From Pristiophorus japonicus (lineage: Eukaryota): a stretch of DNA of 64,000 nucleotides. The stretch is from NCBI RefSeq assembly GCF_044704955.1, contig NC_091979.1:319052001-319116000 (forward strand). The letters run 5' to 3'. Every line of letters begins with the position of its first letter. Position 1 is the first letter of the stretch. This document shows positions 25,265 to 39,200 of the stretch, piece by piece. The notes under the pieces were generated by a model that was not told the DNA's origin, did not search any database, and was given only the letters and a program-made list of their open reading frames with translations. A program made the translations under genes and the position numbers.

Positions 25265-25415
25265 CTCCGCACATCCTGAGTGGGTGGACCAGGCCTCGGT
25301 TTAAAGTCTATTCCAAAAGTGCAGTGCAGAACTCCCTTAGTACTACACTGACGTGTCAGCCTAGATTTTGTGCTCAAGTCAGTGGAGTTGGATTTGAACC
25401 CATAACATTCTGACA
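25265..25415 (-). mobile_element. SacSINE1-like SINE fragment
   Basis: ctcccttagtactacactgacgtgtcagcctagattttgtgctcaagtc...gatttgaaccc matches the other SINE copies. Confidence 0.6.
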
Positions 25416-25519
25416 AAGTCTGTATTTTGACATTTTATTCAATGTGTTGTACCCCTCAGTGTGTATTGGTATTACTATTCTGTGTGTGCTATTAAAAGTG
25501 TGCCTTTTACTTTCTTTTA

Positions 25520-27360
25520 AACACAATAAAGCCATACCTGCTTCCTACCTTGAAACCGACTGTTTGTCCAAGTCTGTCCCAGTCCTTTCATAATTCCAGA
25601 GTCCAGAACCAAGGATGTGGGAGCGATTCGAAACCGCTCATATAAGGTCAGAAGGGGAAGCTGATCCCCTGAAAACCACCCCTCACACTGCTGACTTTGC
25701 TCGAGGGACAATTTCACCAGCCTCAGATGTTCCCCGGCCTCCAAACTGCACAGCAACCATCAGCTGCACAGAGGAAAACACTGAAACAAGGAATCTCCTC
25801 TGGGAACAGTCTCTCGGCACGGCACAAACAAACAGGTAACTCTATTCCACCTTGTTTTCACATCATAGACAAAATATTTAGGTTTCGATGGTGCAGGATG
25901 TTTTGTGTGCCCCATGTCTCGATGATTGTCCCTTGAGTCGACCGGTGCTTTAAAACTCCCCGGTTCGGGTTGTTTCCCTGTGGACGGCAGTAGCTTTTGC
26001 CAATAGTTCCTGCCTAGCCCGTCGATCAGCGGGTAATCCCACACAGAGAGACACCAAGGTCAGATAGATCTTCTCCTATGCCCGATGCGTAGTGCCCCCA
26101 GTGGGATTACTGTGTAACCCGGCCGTGAGCGGATGCCACCCGGTCGGTCTTCCGAATTATACCGGGAACCACAAGCCCCGCAACCCCCAAGTTCAGACCC
26201 AAGGAGTTACTATGGATAGATTACAATTGACTCAGACAAAACAAAACGGTTCAGGTTGGTCAAAGATCGATTCCTTTTAAACCACTCACAAAATGACAAC
26301 CCCTACTCTCGCTTACGGTTTGGAGTGACTGTGGACACTAGCTTAAAACCTTAGACTAAATACCCACCCTGTCGGTTATGCTGAACCAAACCCATTCCCA
26401 GAATCTAAGCCGAGATAATGGAAACCCTCCTAATTAAACCCCTCTCCGGTTTGGTCAGAACCCACACTTGGAAGTCTCCTCACACACACATGTGTTAGTC
26501 TGTGTCTTGGACACTTGCAGTTCCTCAGCAGCCAAACACGCTGGCGGTCTTGGGGATTTCCAGAGGTGTATGCTGGATATAATTACCATCCCTTGTCGTT
26601 GATTCACGTGGCCCTGGGTCCGTTCGGCTCTGAAGAAAAAACCGTGCCTCACAGAGGCATGCGATGAGACCTAGAGAGTTACGTTCAGGTGGTACAGCGT
26701 GGCACTCACTTCGGGTGTTCCTGGAGAGTTGACGGACTCGTAGCCACGCGGGGAACCCTGTTCCAGCTGGTAGAGAAAAGTAAGCCCTGAATCCCCAAAG
26801 TTCAGCATCTTTATACCCCGTATAATACACAAAACTGGCTGGGCGATTCCTGGTTACCATGGTCGCAGAGACGCTCATTGGTCTTCCTGGTGATGTCTCT
26901 GACCTGGATTGGTCAACTCGATGAACACAATGGTGGGCCATTTCTGTCAATGATTAGTTCTCGAAGTGCTAACTGTTTGTTGAGTTCTTGACTGCTCCTT
27001 CATCGAAAGAGTCCAGAGGTGTTACATTTGGCCTGTAAACCTCATTGTCCATCCAGACCTCCTGGCCCCATGGACAAAAGGTGTTTTTCCACAAATCACA
27101 CAAAGTTCGAAATGAAACGGCCTCTGCCTTTCATGACGTCAGCTTTGAGACTGGTTCCATGGCAACCCAAAAGACAGACAGCTCCTGCCATATTTCACAG
27201 AAACCAAAAATCAGTCCTTTTAAAGTCCAAATGTTCAAACTCCATTTTGAAACGCAGCTCATGTGCATCTCCATTTTAAAAGGGTGCAGATCCATTTTAA
27301 AAATCCAAAAATCTTGCCGGCCCATACACACACTGATGTTGGCACCGGCAAAATCCTACA
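25520..27360 (-). mobile_element. Truncated ERV: 5' LTR (26111-27360) plus leader
   Basis: Minus-strand termini TGTAGG...TTACACA; internal TATAAA near 26815; downstream TGGGGGC (partial tRNA-Pro-like PBS); no pol or env visible. Confidence 0.5.
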
Positions 27361-27429
27361 ATGGTCACAAAAAGGGGTCTAAATTATGAAATATGCTCCT
27401 GAAACACTGGTGAAAATTCAGGCCCTCAA

Positions 27430-27745
27430 GCCTGCTTCGCTATTCAGTGAGATCAGGGTTGATCTTCTATCTCAACTCCATTTTCCTGCACGATCCCCAT
27501 ATCCCTTAATCCCCTTAATATCCAACAATCGATCGATCTACGCTTGAATGCACTCAAAGACTGAACCTTCATAGCCCCCTGGGGTAGAGAATTCCAAAGA
27601 TTCACCACCCGCTGAGTGAAGAAATTTCTCCTCATCACAGTCCTAAATGGCCGACCCCTTATTCTGAGACTGTGACACCCGGTTCTAGACCCCTCAGCCA
27701 GAGGAAACATCCTCCCTGCATCTACCCTGTCAAGCTGTGTAAGAA
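27430..27745 (-). mobile_element. CR1 3' fragment
   Basis: RRNFFTQRVVNLWNSLPQ. Confidence 0.85.
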
Positions 27746-27751
27746 TTTTGT

Positions 27752-29150
27752 GGGGTCGAAATTCGGTACTGCCGATTTTGAGGGGTGTCACCGGCTGAGA
27801 GGATTTTTTACCGTCAGTTGCTCAGGACAGAGGCTGAGAGGAGACCACAACCACAGACATACAGAGTCCTATGGAGGGAAATTGCAGAACGAGTGTCTGT
27901 GACTGACATTGGGGCCAGGAAATGCCACTCAATGCCAGAAAAAGTGGAACGATATGACTCAGCTGGGTGAGGGTGTGTATCTTAAATCTTAAACGTCAAC
28001 ATGCTATGCTCTGAGCTCAATGTGCACTCTCTGCTCAATGTCGTGTTTCGGAACCCATGCCCTACGTGGGTGAGACCAGATGCAAGGTTCCCATTTGTAG
28101 CCTCACACACTGCAAGGGCCTGCATGTGCTAAAAACGTTCCTACTCGGTTCTCCAGTCCCACCCCTCATGATGTTAACTCTTCAGTCTTCTTATGCATCT
28201 GGAGGATGGTCGCCTCCCCATGAATGTTAGGTCCTGGCCCCCTAATTCAAGCATTGCCACAGCCAGTCCACGTAGTGAATGGAAGTTACCTCGAGCTGTG
28301 AAGACTCTCATGCAGTAAACTATGTCTTCATCTTAGATGGTCCTCATATCGAGGATGATTTGCTTCCACGCCAAAAAGGGATGAATTCACAGGTGTTTCA
28401 ATGAAGGATCTAATATTCCACATCCCGAACTACATACTGAAGGGTGGAAGATGCCTGTGAGTGGATTTTTTTAACATGTGGTGGCCGTTGCACACCAGCC
28501 ATCACACTGGCTTGTCAGAGCAAGGTCTCGGTCCAGTGACAAGTATTAACCAAGATGACTGGAGACCAGCTCTGCTGCACAGACCTAGTGCGCACCGATA
28601 TCACAGAGTGGGCTGGGCCCGCGCTGCCCCTGGGCCCTCGCCGCTTATGGGCCCCGAACTCACGCCTCTCCTGAATCCCAATCATGTTGCTCTGCAATTT
28701 ATTGCCGCTCCCTTGCCCCAGCCTCGTCGATCCTCTGCTGCTTGCCGCCTTCCTGCTGTACCTATCCACGCTCCAATCTCAGACCAGGATTATGGTGACC
28801 TCCAATCCAATCACCTTCCTCACTGCCGTCGCCCTCCTGCACCAGCTTGTGCTGCTCCCTGGAGTGGTATGCTCCTTTTAAAGCCCGACCTGCCGCAGAT
28901 GTTCCTCGCAGGTCGGGGTCGCGCTGAGTAAACTATGTAACACCTGGGAGAAACTTATAGAAGGGCTCTGACTCAGATGTTCTCTTTAATCTTACAGGCA
29001 AAGCTTGTCCACAACCAGAGAGCAGATGAGGACTGGAGGAGGGGACTGGGAACTCCAGGACGTGACTCCGTTGGAGGAATGCGTCGCAGTCCTGATGGCC
29101 GTTCAAGTTGGTGACTTGGTGGTGGGTGAGGCCGAACCCCCTTGGGTCAG
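27752..29150 (+). mobile_element. Harbinger Myb/SANT-like accessory gene remnant with intron
   Basis: TIR-like ggggtcgaaattc; LWREIAERVSV trihelix motif; acceptor ttacag followed by MRTGGG...VTPLEE motif. Confidence 0.65.
28326..28926 (-). mobile_element. RTE-tailed short retroposon (second copy ~49000-49395, plus strand)
   Basis: 12-bp TSD agtaaactatgt (28314-28325, 28927-28938); 3' end resembles the RTE tail at 46070-46107. Confidence 0.75.
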
Positions 29151-29745
29151 TGCCGGTAGGTTTACTTCCTTTGCAGCATCTGGCAGGCCACATAGGCCTG
29201 ATTCCACAATCCTTCAGCTCTTTCCATGAGACTTCCATTCTCGAATGCCTTCACCGCTCCTTGCCCATGCACTGCTCAACATCCATGCGTGAACTTCATC
29301 AGATGCGTGTCCTCCTTTGACAGGCTCCACCAGGCTGTGTCCTTGCATCTACAAATTGGCCCAATTTCTCCAGCATTCACACTTCCAATCTTACGTGGTG
29401 ACATCATCAGGCATGCACATACGTATCTCCGTTCAGTGCAACCTTTAAAACCTTTGTGTTGGAGAATCCGCCAAGAAAGTCCAGACAAGAAAATACATTT
29501 TTCAACTGGGAATTGCTTTAAATGTGTGTACTTGAGCTTTATCTAACGTTCATTGTATATATTTTCAGAATTGTTGATATTTTTGTGAGAGGTAACATGA
29601 CTCTTGGGATGGTGTGCTGCTTTGCTCCGGGTGACCCTCCTTGCTCATGCATTGCCATCCCCCAATCTCCTCTCTTCTACTGCTTAAATTCCTCTCCCTC
29701 GAACAATGGGTGCATTTTAGCCTAACTTCAAGTTTAATGTTACTT

Positions 29746-30040
29746 AAGAACATAAGAATTAGGAGCAGGAGTAGGCCATATGGCCCCTCGACCCTGCTCT
29801 GCCGTTCAATAAGGTCATGGCTGATCTTCGAACTCAACTCCATTTTCCTGCCCGATCCCCATATCCGTAGAGTCCCCGAGAGTCCAAAACTCTATCTATC
29901 TCAGCCTTGAATATACTCAATAACCCAGCGTCCACAGCCCTTTAGGGGAGAGAATTCCAAAGATTCATAACCCTCCAAGTGAAGGAATTCCTCCTCATCT
30001 CAGTCTTAAATGGCCGACTCCTTGTCCAGAGACTGCTGCC
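29746..30040 (-). mobile_element. CR1 3' end
   Basis: taagaacataagaattaggagcaggagtaggcc tail and CR1 3' UTR. Confidence 0.85.
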
Positions 30041-30620
30041 TCTTCAGTGTCTTCGAAGCTGTGTGCGCATCCTGTGAAAACCATAAGCAGCGTAAAGATG
30101 GCGGCGGTGCGGAAGTTGTGGAAAGAGTAGCGGTGAAAAGCAGAGCGAGGCCGGCCTGCGACTGACACAACAGCAGGGCCTCCGATCCACCAGGATCAGT
30201 CAGTGAGACGCGAGGATGTGTTGCTGTATGGCCGGCTGACAGCTGGGTGTGGGTGTGGGAAGGATGAACCAGGAGGTGAGGGGGCTCTGTGTGGGGTGGG
30301 TGCTCTCCAGGGGCAGGAGGTGGAGGTATGTGAGGGGCCATCTGGGGGAATCTGGGGTGTTTCACTGTGTATTGCCACCCCCTCTCCCTGGAGGCAGGTA
30401 TTGGTATTGATGATCCAAGGTGACCCGGAACCAGAGCAAGCAGCCCCTCCCACAGTGGCAAAGGTCAAAGGGCAAAGGGCGTGGGGCAATGACGGACACA
30501 CCGGCGCCGCTCGTGCTCGGTGCGTCGCAACAATCACATCAGCAAGTCGATGCAATAGTGACCCAATCCGCCTTCTCAACCTACAGCATCGGCAGCTCAG
30601 GGCTACAGTGACCCATGAGG

Positions 30621-33518
30621 TGGTGTATCTGAAAAGCATGCACTCCCATGTTCCGCCACCAGGGCGCTCATCCCCTGAAGTTCCAAGGGATCCCAGCATC
30701 CCTTGGGAGCACTGTATATAAGCCAGCCCCTAAGGCCTGTTCCTCACTCTGGAGTGTCTTATTAAAGACTGAGGTCACTGTTACTTTAACCTCCATGTGT
30801 GCAGTCTCATCTGTGTTAGGAACACAATAACTGGCGACGAGAATACGAATCCAACACAAAGATGCAGCAAACTGTGGGCATCCTGGAGAAGTTCTCGGAG
30901 GGTGAGGACTGGGAAGCCTATGTCGAACGGCTAGACCAGTACTTTGTAGCCAACGAGCTGAACGAGAAGGAAGTGCTGCAAAAAGGAGAGCGGTCCTCCT
31001 CACGGTCTGCGGGGCACTGACCTACAGCCTCATGAAGAATCTTCTGGCTCTGGTGAAACCCACAGATAAGTCGTATGAGGAGCTGTGTACACTGGTTCAG
31101 GAGCACCTTAACCCAACGGAGAGCGTGCTGATGGCGAGGTATCGGTTCCACACGTGCCAGCGATCTGAAGGTCAGGAAGTGGCGAGCTACGTCGCCGAGC
31201 TAAGGCGACTTGCAGGACAATGTGAGTTTGATGGCTACCTGGAACAAATGCTCAGAGAATTTTTTGTACTGGGCATTGGACACGAGACCATCCTACGAAA
31301 ACTTTTGACTGTAGAGAACTGACCCTCAGTAAGGCCATTGCGATAGCACAGGTGTTTATGTCCACCAGTGATAACACCAAACAAATCTCTCAGCACACAA
31401 GTGCAAGCAATGTTCCTAAATTAACTGGAACTGTGTTTGGTAGCAGAAATATACAGGGCAGAACCCAAGAGTCTGCAACTGCCAGCAGGCCTCAGGTGAC
31501 CCAGATGACTCAGAGTCCCCAACAACGGATGAATGCAAGGCAATTCACACCTTGTTGGCGTTGTGGAGGCTTCCATTTAGCCTATTCATGCCGCTTCAAA
31601 GGGTATGTTTGCAAGAGCTGTGGAACAATGGGGCACCTCCAACGAGCTTGCAGATGAGCTGCAAGCTCTGCAGAACATGCTAACCACTACGTGGCAGAGG
31701 AAGATCAGTCCATGGTGGATCAAAGCAAATTCGAGCCTCAGAGAGAGGAGGCAGATGCTGAAGTACATGGGGTGCACACATTTTTGACAAAATGTCCACC
31801 TATAATGCGAAACATAAAATTGAATGGCTTACCCATAGCCATACAACTGGACACTGGCGCTAACCAAACCATCATGAGTAAAAAGATGTGTGAGAGACTG
31901 TGGTGCAACAAGGCATTCAGGCCAGCCCTGAGCCCCATCCACATGAAACTGAGAACGTACACCAAAGAGCTTATCACTGTCCTGGGCAGCACCATGTTCA
32001 AGGTTACCTACAAGGGCACGGTGCATGAACTGCCACTCTGGATTGTCCCGGGCGATGGCCCCACACTGCTTGGAAGAAGCTGGCTGGGCAAAATTCGCTG
32101 GAACTGGGTTGACATCCGAGCGCTATCACATGTCGATGAGGCCTCATGTACCCAGGTTCTTAACAAATTTCCTTCCCTTTTTGAGCCAGGCATTGGAAAC
32201 TTTTCCGGGGTGAAGGTGTGGATCCACTTGGTCCCAGAGGCACGACCCATTCACCACAAAGCGCGAACGGTACCTCACATGATGAGGGAGAGAGTGGAAA
32301 TTGAGCTGGACAGGCTGCAACGCGAGGCCATCATCTCCCCAGTGGAATTCAGCGAGTGGGCCAGCCCGATTGTTCCAGTACTCAAAAGTGATGGCACGGT
32401 CAGGATTTGCGACGATTATAAAGTAACTATTAATCGTTTCTCGCTACAGGACCAATACCTGCTACGTAAGGGGCAGACGACCTATTTGAGACGATGGCAG
32501 GAGGCAAGACATTCACTAAGCTATACCTGACTTCGGCCTACATGACGCAGGAGCTGGAGGAGTCTTCGAAGGGCCTCACCTGCATCAACACGCACAAGGG
32601 ACTGTTCATCTCCAACAGATGCCCGTTTGGAATTCTGTCGGCTGCAGCGATCTTCCAGAGAAACATGGAGAGCCTTCTCAAGTTGGTACCACGCATGGTA
32701 GTTTTTCAGGACGACATATTGGTCACGGGTCAGGACACCGTCGAGCACCTACAAAACCTGGAGCAGGTCCTCCAGCAACTGGATCGCGTAGGGCTGCGGC
32801 TGAAGAGGTCGAAATGCGTCTTCATGGCAACAGAAGTGGAGTTTTTGGGGAGAAAGATTGCATCGGATGGCATTCGGCCCACAGACGCCAAGACAAAGGC
32901 TATCAGGAATACGCCCAGGCCACAGAACATCACAGAGCTGCGGTCGTTCCTGGGACTCCTCAACTATTTTTGGTAACTTCCTATCGGGGTTAAGCACCCT
33001 TTTAGAGCCCCCACGCATGTGTTATTGCGTAAAGGTGAGAACTGGGTATGGGGAAAAAACCAAGTAATTGCTTTTGAGAAAGCCAGAAACATTTTATGCT
33101 CCAAAAAGCTGCTTGTATTGTATAACCCGTGTAAAAGACTTTAGCTAGCATGTGACACATCATCGTACAGAGTCGGGTGTGTATGACAACAAGCTAACGT
33201 TGCGGGGAAGTTGCAACCTGTCGGCTATGCTTCCAGGAGCTTGTCTAAGGTCGAGAGAGCCATCAGCATGATTGAGAAAGAGGCATTAGTGCATGTATTC
33301 GTTGTAAAGAAAATGCATCAGTAGCTGTTTGGCCTCAAATTTTAGCTGGAAACCGAACACAAGCTCCTCATATCCCTGTTTGCTGAAAACAAGGGGATAA
33401 ATACTAATGCCTCAGCCCGCATACAAAGGTGGGCACTCACGCTATCAGCGTATAACTATACCATCCGCCACAGTCCAGGCAGCGAGAACTGTGCAGTTGC
33501 TCTCAGTCGGCTACCATC
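30621..33518 (+). mobile_element. 3'-truncated Gypsy element (5' LTR, gag, PR, RT, RNase H)
   Basis: LTR with TATA and ATTAAA ending ~30829; PBS TGGCGACGAG at 30832; CWRCGG/CKSCG knuckles, LDTGA, VFQDDILV; cut off by CR1 before integrase. Confidence 0.92.
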
Positions 33519-33520
33519 GG

Positions 33521-34875
33521 AACATAAGAACATAAGAATTAGGAACAGGAGTAGGTCATTTAGCCCCTCAAGCCTGCTCCGCCACTCAACAAGATCATGG
33601 CTGATCTAGCCGTGGACTCAACTCCACTTACCCGCCCGCTCCCCGTAACCCTTAATTCCCTTATTGGTTAAAATCTATCTATCTTTGACTTGAAAACATT
33701 CAATGAGCTAGCCTCAACTGCTTCCTTGGGCAGAGAATTCCACAGATTCACAACCCTCTGGGAGAAGAAATTCCTTCTCAACTTGGTTTTAAATTGGCTC
33801 CTCCATATTTTCAGGCTGTGCCCCCTAGTTCTAGTCTCCCCCACCAATGGAAACAACCTCTCTGCCTCTATCTTGTCTATCCCTTTCATGATTTTCAATG
33901 TTTCTATAAGATCACCCCTCATCCTTCTGAACTCCAACGACTAAAGACCCAGTCTACTTAATCTATCATCATAAGGTAACCCCCTCATCTCCGGAATCAG
34001 CCTAGTGAATCGTCTCTGTACCCCCTCCAAAGCTAGTATATCCTTCCTTAAGTAAGGTGACCAAAACTGCACACAGTACTCCAGGTGCGGCCTGACCAAT
34101 ACCCTGTACAGTTGCAGCAGGACCTCCCTGCTTTTGTACTCCATCCCTCTCGCAATGAAGGCCAACATTCCATTCGCCTTCCTGATTACCTGCTGCACCT
34201 GCAAACTAACTTTTTGGGATTCATGAGTTCGAGCCTCACCTGGAGCACATGTTTTACAAGAGCCACATCGCCACAGTATTCATGACCCAAAAATCAGCCC
34301 TCTCTGTTTTACTCAAAAGAGTTTCATGCACAAGAGTTTCATGCACAAGAACCCCCAGGTCCCTCTGCACCGCAGCATGTTGTAATTTCTCCCCATTCAA
34401 ATAATATTCCCTTTTACTGTTTTTTTTTCCCCCAAGGTGGATGACCTCACACTTTCCGACATTGTATCCCATCTGCCAAACCTTAGCCTATTCGCTTAAC
34501 CTATCTAAATCTCTTTGCAGCCTCTCTGTGTCCTCTACACAACCCGCTTTCCCACTAATCTTTGTGTCATCTGCAAATTTTGTTACACTACACTCTGTCC
34601 TCTCTTCCAGGTCATCTATGTATATTGTAAACAGTTGTGGTCCCAGCACCGATCCCTGTGGCACACCACTAAGCACCGATTTCCAACCCAAAAAGGACCC
34701 ATTTATCCCGACTTTCTGCTTTCTGTTAGCCAGCCAATTCTCGATCCATGCTGATACATTTGCTCTGACTCCGCGTACCTTTATCTTCTGCAGTAACCTT
34801 TTGTGTGGCACCTTATCAAATGCCTTTTGGAAATCTAAATACACCACATCCATCGGTACACCTCTATCCACCATG
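33521..34875 (-). mobile_element. 5'-truncated CR1 (CTTATGTT-tail subfamily)
   Basis: RT motifs nearly identical to 3272-4500; small foreign insert at ~34225-34320. Confidence 0.93.
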
Positions 34876-35059
34876 CACCTTCCCTGCTGTCTCTCTGCAC
34901 CTTCCCTGCTGTCTCTCACTATCCTTTAATATTTTTCCTGTGGTGTTTTGAATGCTGTGCTTCATCCCGATGTACCAAATAAACAAATTATTCATTTTAA
35001 GCAAGGAAATTTAATAAGCAAGCAGTTTTCATCCAAGTCCATAAAAGACATTAAAATAT

Positions 35060-35690
35060 CAGGGCAGATGACCAAAAGCTTCAGCAAAGAGGTAGGATTT
35101 ATGGAGCATCTTAAAAGAGGAGAGGACGAGAGGCGGAGAGGTTATGGAAGGGAATTCCAGAGCATAGGGCCCAGGCAGCTGAAGGCATGGGAGCCAATGG
35201 TGGAGCGATTAAAATCGGGGGCCAATGGTGGAGCGATTAAAATCGGGGACCAATGGTGGAGCGATTAAAATCGGGGACCAATGGAGGAGCGATTAAAATC
35301 GGGGACCAATGGTGGAGCGATTAAAATCGGGGACCAATGGTGGAGCGATTAAAATCGGGGATCAATAGTGGAGCAATTAAAATCGGGGATCAATGGTGGA
35401 GCGATTAAAATCGGGGATCAATGGTGGAGCGATTAAAATCGGGGACCAATGGAGGAGCGATTAAAATCGGGGGCCAATGGTGGAGCAATTAAAATCGGGG
35501 ATCAATGGTGGAGCGATTAAAATCGGGGATCAATAGTGGAGCGATTAAAATCGGGGACCAATGGAGGAGCGATTAAAATCGGGGACACGCAAGAGGCCAG
35601 AATGGGAAGAGAGGAGAGATGTCGAAGGCTTCTCGGGCTGGAGGAGGCTGCAGAGATAGGGAGGGGTGTGACCATGGAGGGGTTTTAAAA
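35060..35690 (-). mobile_element. L2 LINE 3' fragment
   Basis: KPLHGHTPPYLCSLLQP...LLSSHSGLLRVP, an L2 ORF2 C-terminal motif. Confidence 0.75.
35194..35585. repeat. 28-bp minisatellite, 14 copies, expanded within the L2
   Basis: ccaatggtggagcgattaaaatcgggga repeated head-to-tail. Confidence 0.97.
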
Positions 35691-36258
35691 TCCTCTCTAA
35701 TCTGGATCCTCTGGGGAACAACAGATACTCTCTAATGTGGCAGAAAACCCAGAATGACAATATTATTCGGCAAAAAACTGTAATAATGTTAATTGTGATA
35801 AATAAAATTACGTAGAAGCACCTGGATAAATCAGCAGATGGATAATGGTAATACATTGCTCAATTTCTTATTGGTTCTTTTAAAGCTGCTTTCTGCTGAT
35901 AAACTAACAATAGTCCTTTGATAACCTTTCTGATGGAATGGGGGAAACTGAGCTACACATCCAGAAAAAGCTGGTCAAAATTATTTCCAGGTTCAAGCAA
36001 CTTTGGGCGATAGAACTGATCATCAAAATCAGAAGAGGAACGGAACGGTGTTCTATACTCTGTCACTCAGCAATGACCCCTAGTGCTGATAATCCTCAGG
36101 AAATACTGAAGCTGACACAATGTGCACCAGCCCCAGCATACTCGTGTGTTATCTCTCGATCTAATCCAGGGCTGTCCGCGGAACACATTAATCCCACCCA
36201 CATTGCGCCTTTCTTCTGGTTGCTGAGTTTGAAGCAGTGTCCGGGAGGATTGCGACTC

Positions 36259-39200
36259 CGCTCTGTGCCCTCACCAAACCCCCTCCCCCGCTCTGTGCCC
36301 TCACCAAACCCCCTCCCCCGCTCTGTGCCCTCACCAAACCCCCTCCCCCGCTCTGTGCCCTCACCAAAACCCCTCCCTCGCTCTGTGCCCTCACCAAACC
36401 CCCTCCCTCGATCTGTGCCCTCACCAAACCCCCTCCCTCGCTCTGTACCCTCACCAAACCCCCTCCCCCGCTCTGTGCCCTCACCAAACCCCCTCCCCCG
36501 CTCTGTGCCCTCACCAAACCCCCTCCCTCGCTCTGTGCCCTCACCAAACCCCCTCCCTCGCTCTGTGCCCTCACCAAACTCCCTCCCTCGCTCTGTGCCC
36601 TCACCAAACCCCCTCCCTCGCTCTGTGCCCTCAGCAAACCCCCTCCCTCGCTCTGTGCCCTCACCAAACCCCCTCCCTCACTCTGTGCCCTCACCAAACT
36701 CCCTCCCTCGCTCTGTGCCCTCAGCAAACCCCCTCCCTCACTCTGTGCCCTCACCAAACTCCCTCCCTCGCTCTGTGCCCTCAGCAAACCCCCTCCCTCG
36801 CTCTGTGCCGTCATCAAACTCCCTCCCTCGCTCTGTGCCCTCACCAAACTCCCTCCCTCGCTCTGTGCCCTCATCAAACCCCCTCCCTCGCTCCGTGCTC
36901 TCACCAAACCCCCTCCCTCACTCCGTGCCCTCATCAAACTCCGTCCCTCACTCCGTGCCCTCATCAAAACCCCTCCCTCGCTCTGTGCCCTCACCAAACC
37001 CCCTCCCTCGATCTGTGCCCTCACCAAACCCCCTCCCTCGCTCCGTGCTCTCACCAAACCCCCTCCCTCACTCTGTGCCCTCACCAAACTCCCTCCCTCG
37101 ATCTGTGCCCTCACCAAACCCCCTCCCTCGATCTGTGCCCTCATCAAACCCCCTCCCTCGATCTGTGCCCTCACCAAACCCCCTCCCTCGATCTGTGCCC
37201 TCACCAAACCCCCTCCCTCGATCTGTGCCCTCACCAAACCCCCTCCCTCGATCTGTGCCCTCACCAAACCCCCTCCCTCGCTCTGTGCCCTCACCAAACC
37301 CCCTCCCTCGCTCTGTGCCCTCACCAAACCCCCTCCCTCGCTCCGTGCCCTCATCAAAACCCCTCCCTCGCTCTGTGCCCTCACCAAACCCCCTCCCTCG
37401 ATCTGTGCCCTCACCAAACCCCCTCCCTCGCTCCGTGCTCTCACCAAACCCCCTCCCTCACTCTGTGCCCTCACCAAACTCCCTCCCTCGATCTGTGCCC
37501 TCACCAAACCCCCTCCCTCGATCTGTGCCCTCACCAAACCCCCTCCCTCGATCTGTGCCCTCACCAAACCCCCTCCCTCGATCTGTGCCCTCACCAAACC
37601 CCCTCCCTCGATCTGTGCCCTCACCAAACCCCCTCCCTCGATCTGTACCCTCACCAAACCCCCTCCCCCGCTCTGTGCCCTCACCAAACCCCCTCCCCCG
37701 CTCTGTGCCCTCACCAAACCCCCTCCCTCGCTCTGTGCCCTCACCAAACCCCCTCCCTCGCTCTGTGCCCTCACCAAACTCCCTCCCTCGCTCTGTGCCC
37801 TCACCAAACCCCCTCCCTCGCTCTGTGCCCTCAGCAAACCCCCTCCCTCGCTCTGTGCCCTCACCAAACCCCCTCCCTCACTCTGTGCCCTCACCAAACT
37901 CCCTCCCTCGCTCTGTGCCCTCAGCAAACCCCCTCCCTCACTCTGTGCCCTCACCAAACTCCCTCCCTCGCTCTGTGCCCTCAGCAAACCCCCTCCCTCG
38001 CTCTGTGCCGTCATCAAACTCCCTCCCTCGCTCTGTGCCCTCACCAAACTCCCTCCCTCGCTCTGTGCCCTCATCAAACCCCCTCCCTCGCTCCGTGCTC
38101 TCACCAAACCCCCTCCCTCACTCCGTGCCCTCATCAAACTCCGTCCCTCACTCCGTGCCCTCATCAAAACCCCTCCCTCGCTCTGTGCCCTCACCAAACC
38201 CCCTCCCTCGATCTGTGCCCTCACCAAACCCCCTCCCTCGCTCCGTGCTCTCACCAAACCCCCTCCCTCACTCTGTGCCCTCACCAAACTCCCTCCCTCG
38301 ATCTGTGCCCTCACCAAACCCCCTCCCTCGATCTGTGCCCTCATCAAACCCCCTCCCTCGATCTGTGCCCTCACCAAACCCCCTCCCTCGATCTGTGCCC
38401 TCACCAAACCCCCTCCCTCGATCTGTGCCCTCACCAAACCCCCTCCCTCGATCTGTGCCCTCACCAAACCCCCTCCCTCGCTCTGTGCCCTCACCAAACC
38501 CCCTCCCTCGCTCTGTGCCCTCACCAAACCCCCTCCCTCGCTCCGTGCCCTCATCAAAACCCCTCCCTCGCTCTGTGCCCTCACCAAACCCCCTCCCTCG
38601 ATCTGTGCCCTCACCAAACCCCCTCCCTCGCTCCGTGCTCTCACCAAACCCCCTCCCTCACTCTGTGCCCTCACCAAACTCCCTCCCTCGATCTGTGCCC
38701 TCACCAAACCCCCTCCCTCGATCTGTGCCCTCACCAAACCCCCTCCCTCGATCTGTGCCCTCACCAAACCCCCTCCCTCGATCTGTGCCCTCACCAAACC
38801 CCCTCCCTCGATCTGTGCCCTCACCAAACCCCCTCCCTCGATCTGTGCCCTCACCAAACCCCCTCACTCGCTCTGTGCCCTCACCAAACCCCCTCCCTCG
38901 CTCTGTGCCCTCACCAAACCCCCTCCCTCGCTCTGTGCCCTCACCAAACCCCCTGCCTCGCTCTGTGCCCTCACCAAACTCCCTCCCTCGCTCTGTGCCC
39001 TCACCAAACCCCCTCCCTCGCTCTGTGCCCTCAGCAAACCCCCTCCCTCGCTCTGTGCCCTCACCAAACCCCCTCCCTCACTCTGTGCCCTCACCAAACT
39101 CCCTTCCTCGCTCTGTGCCCTCAGCAAACCCCCTCCCTCACTCTGTGCCCTCACCAAACTCCCTCCCTCGCTCTGTGCCCTCAGCAAACCCCCTCCCTCG

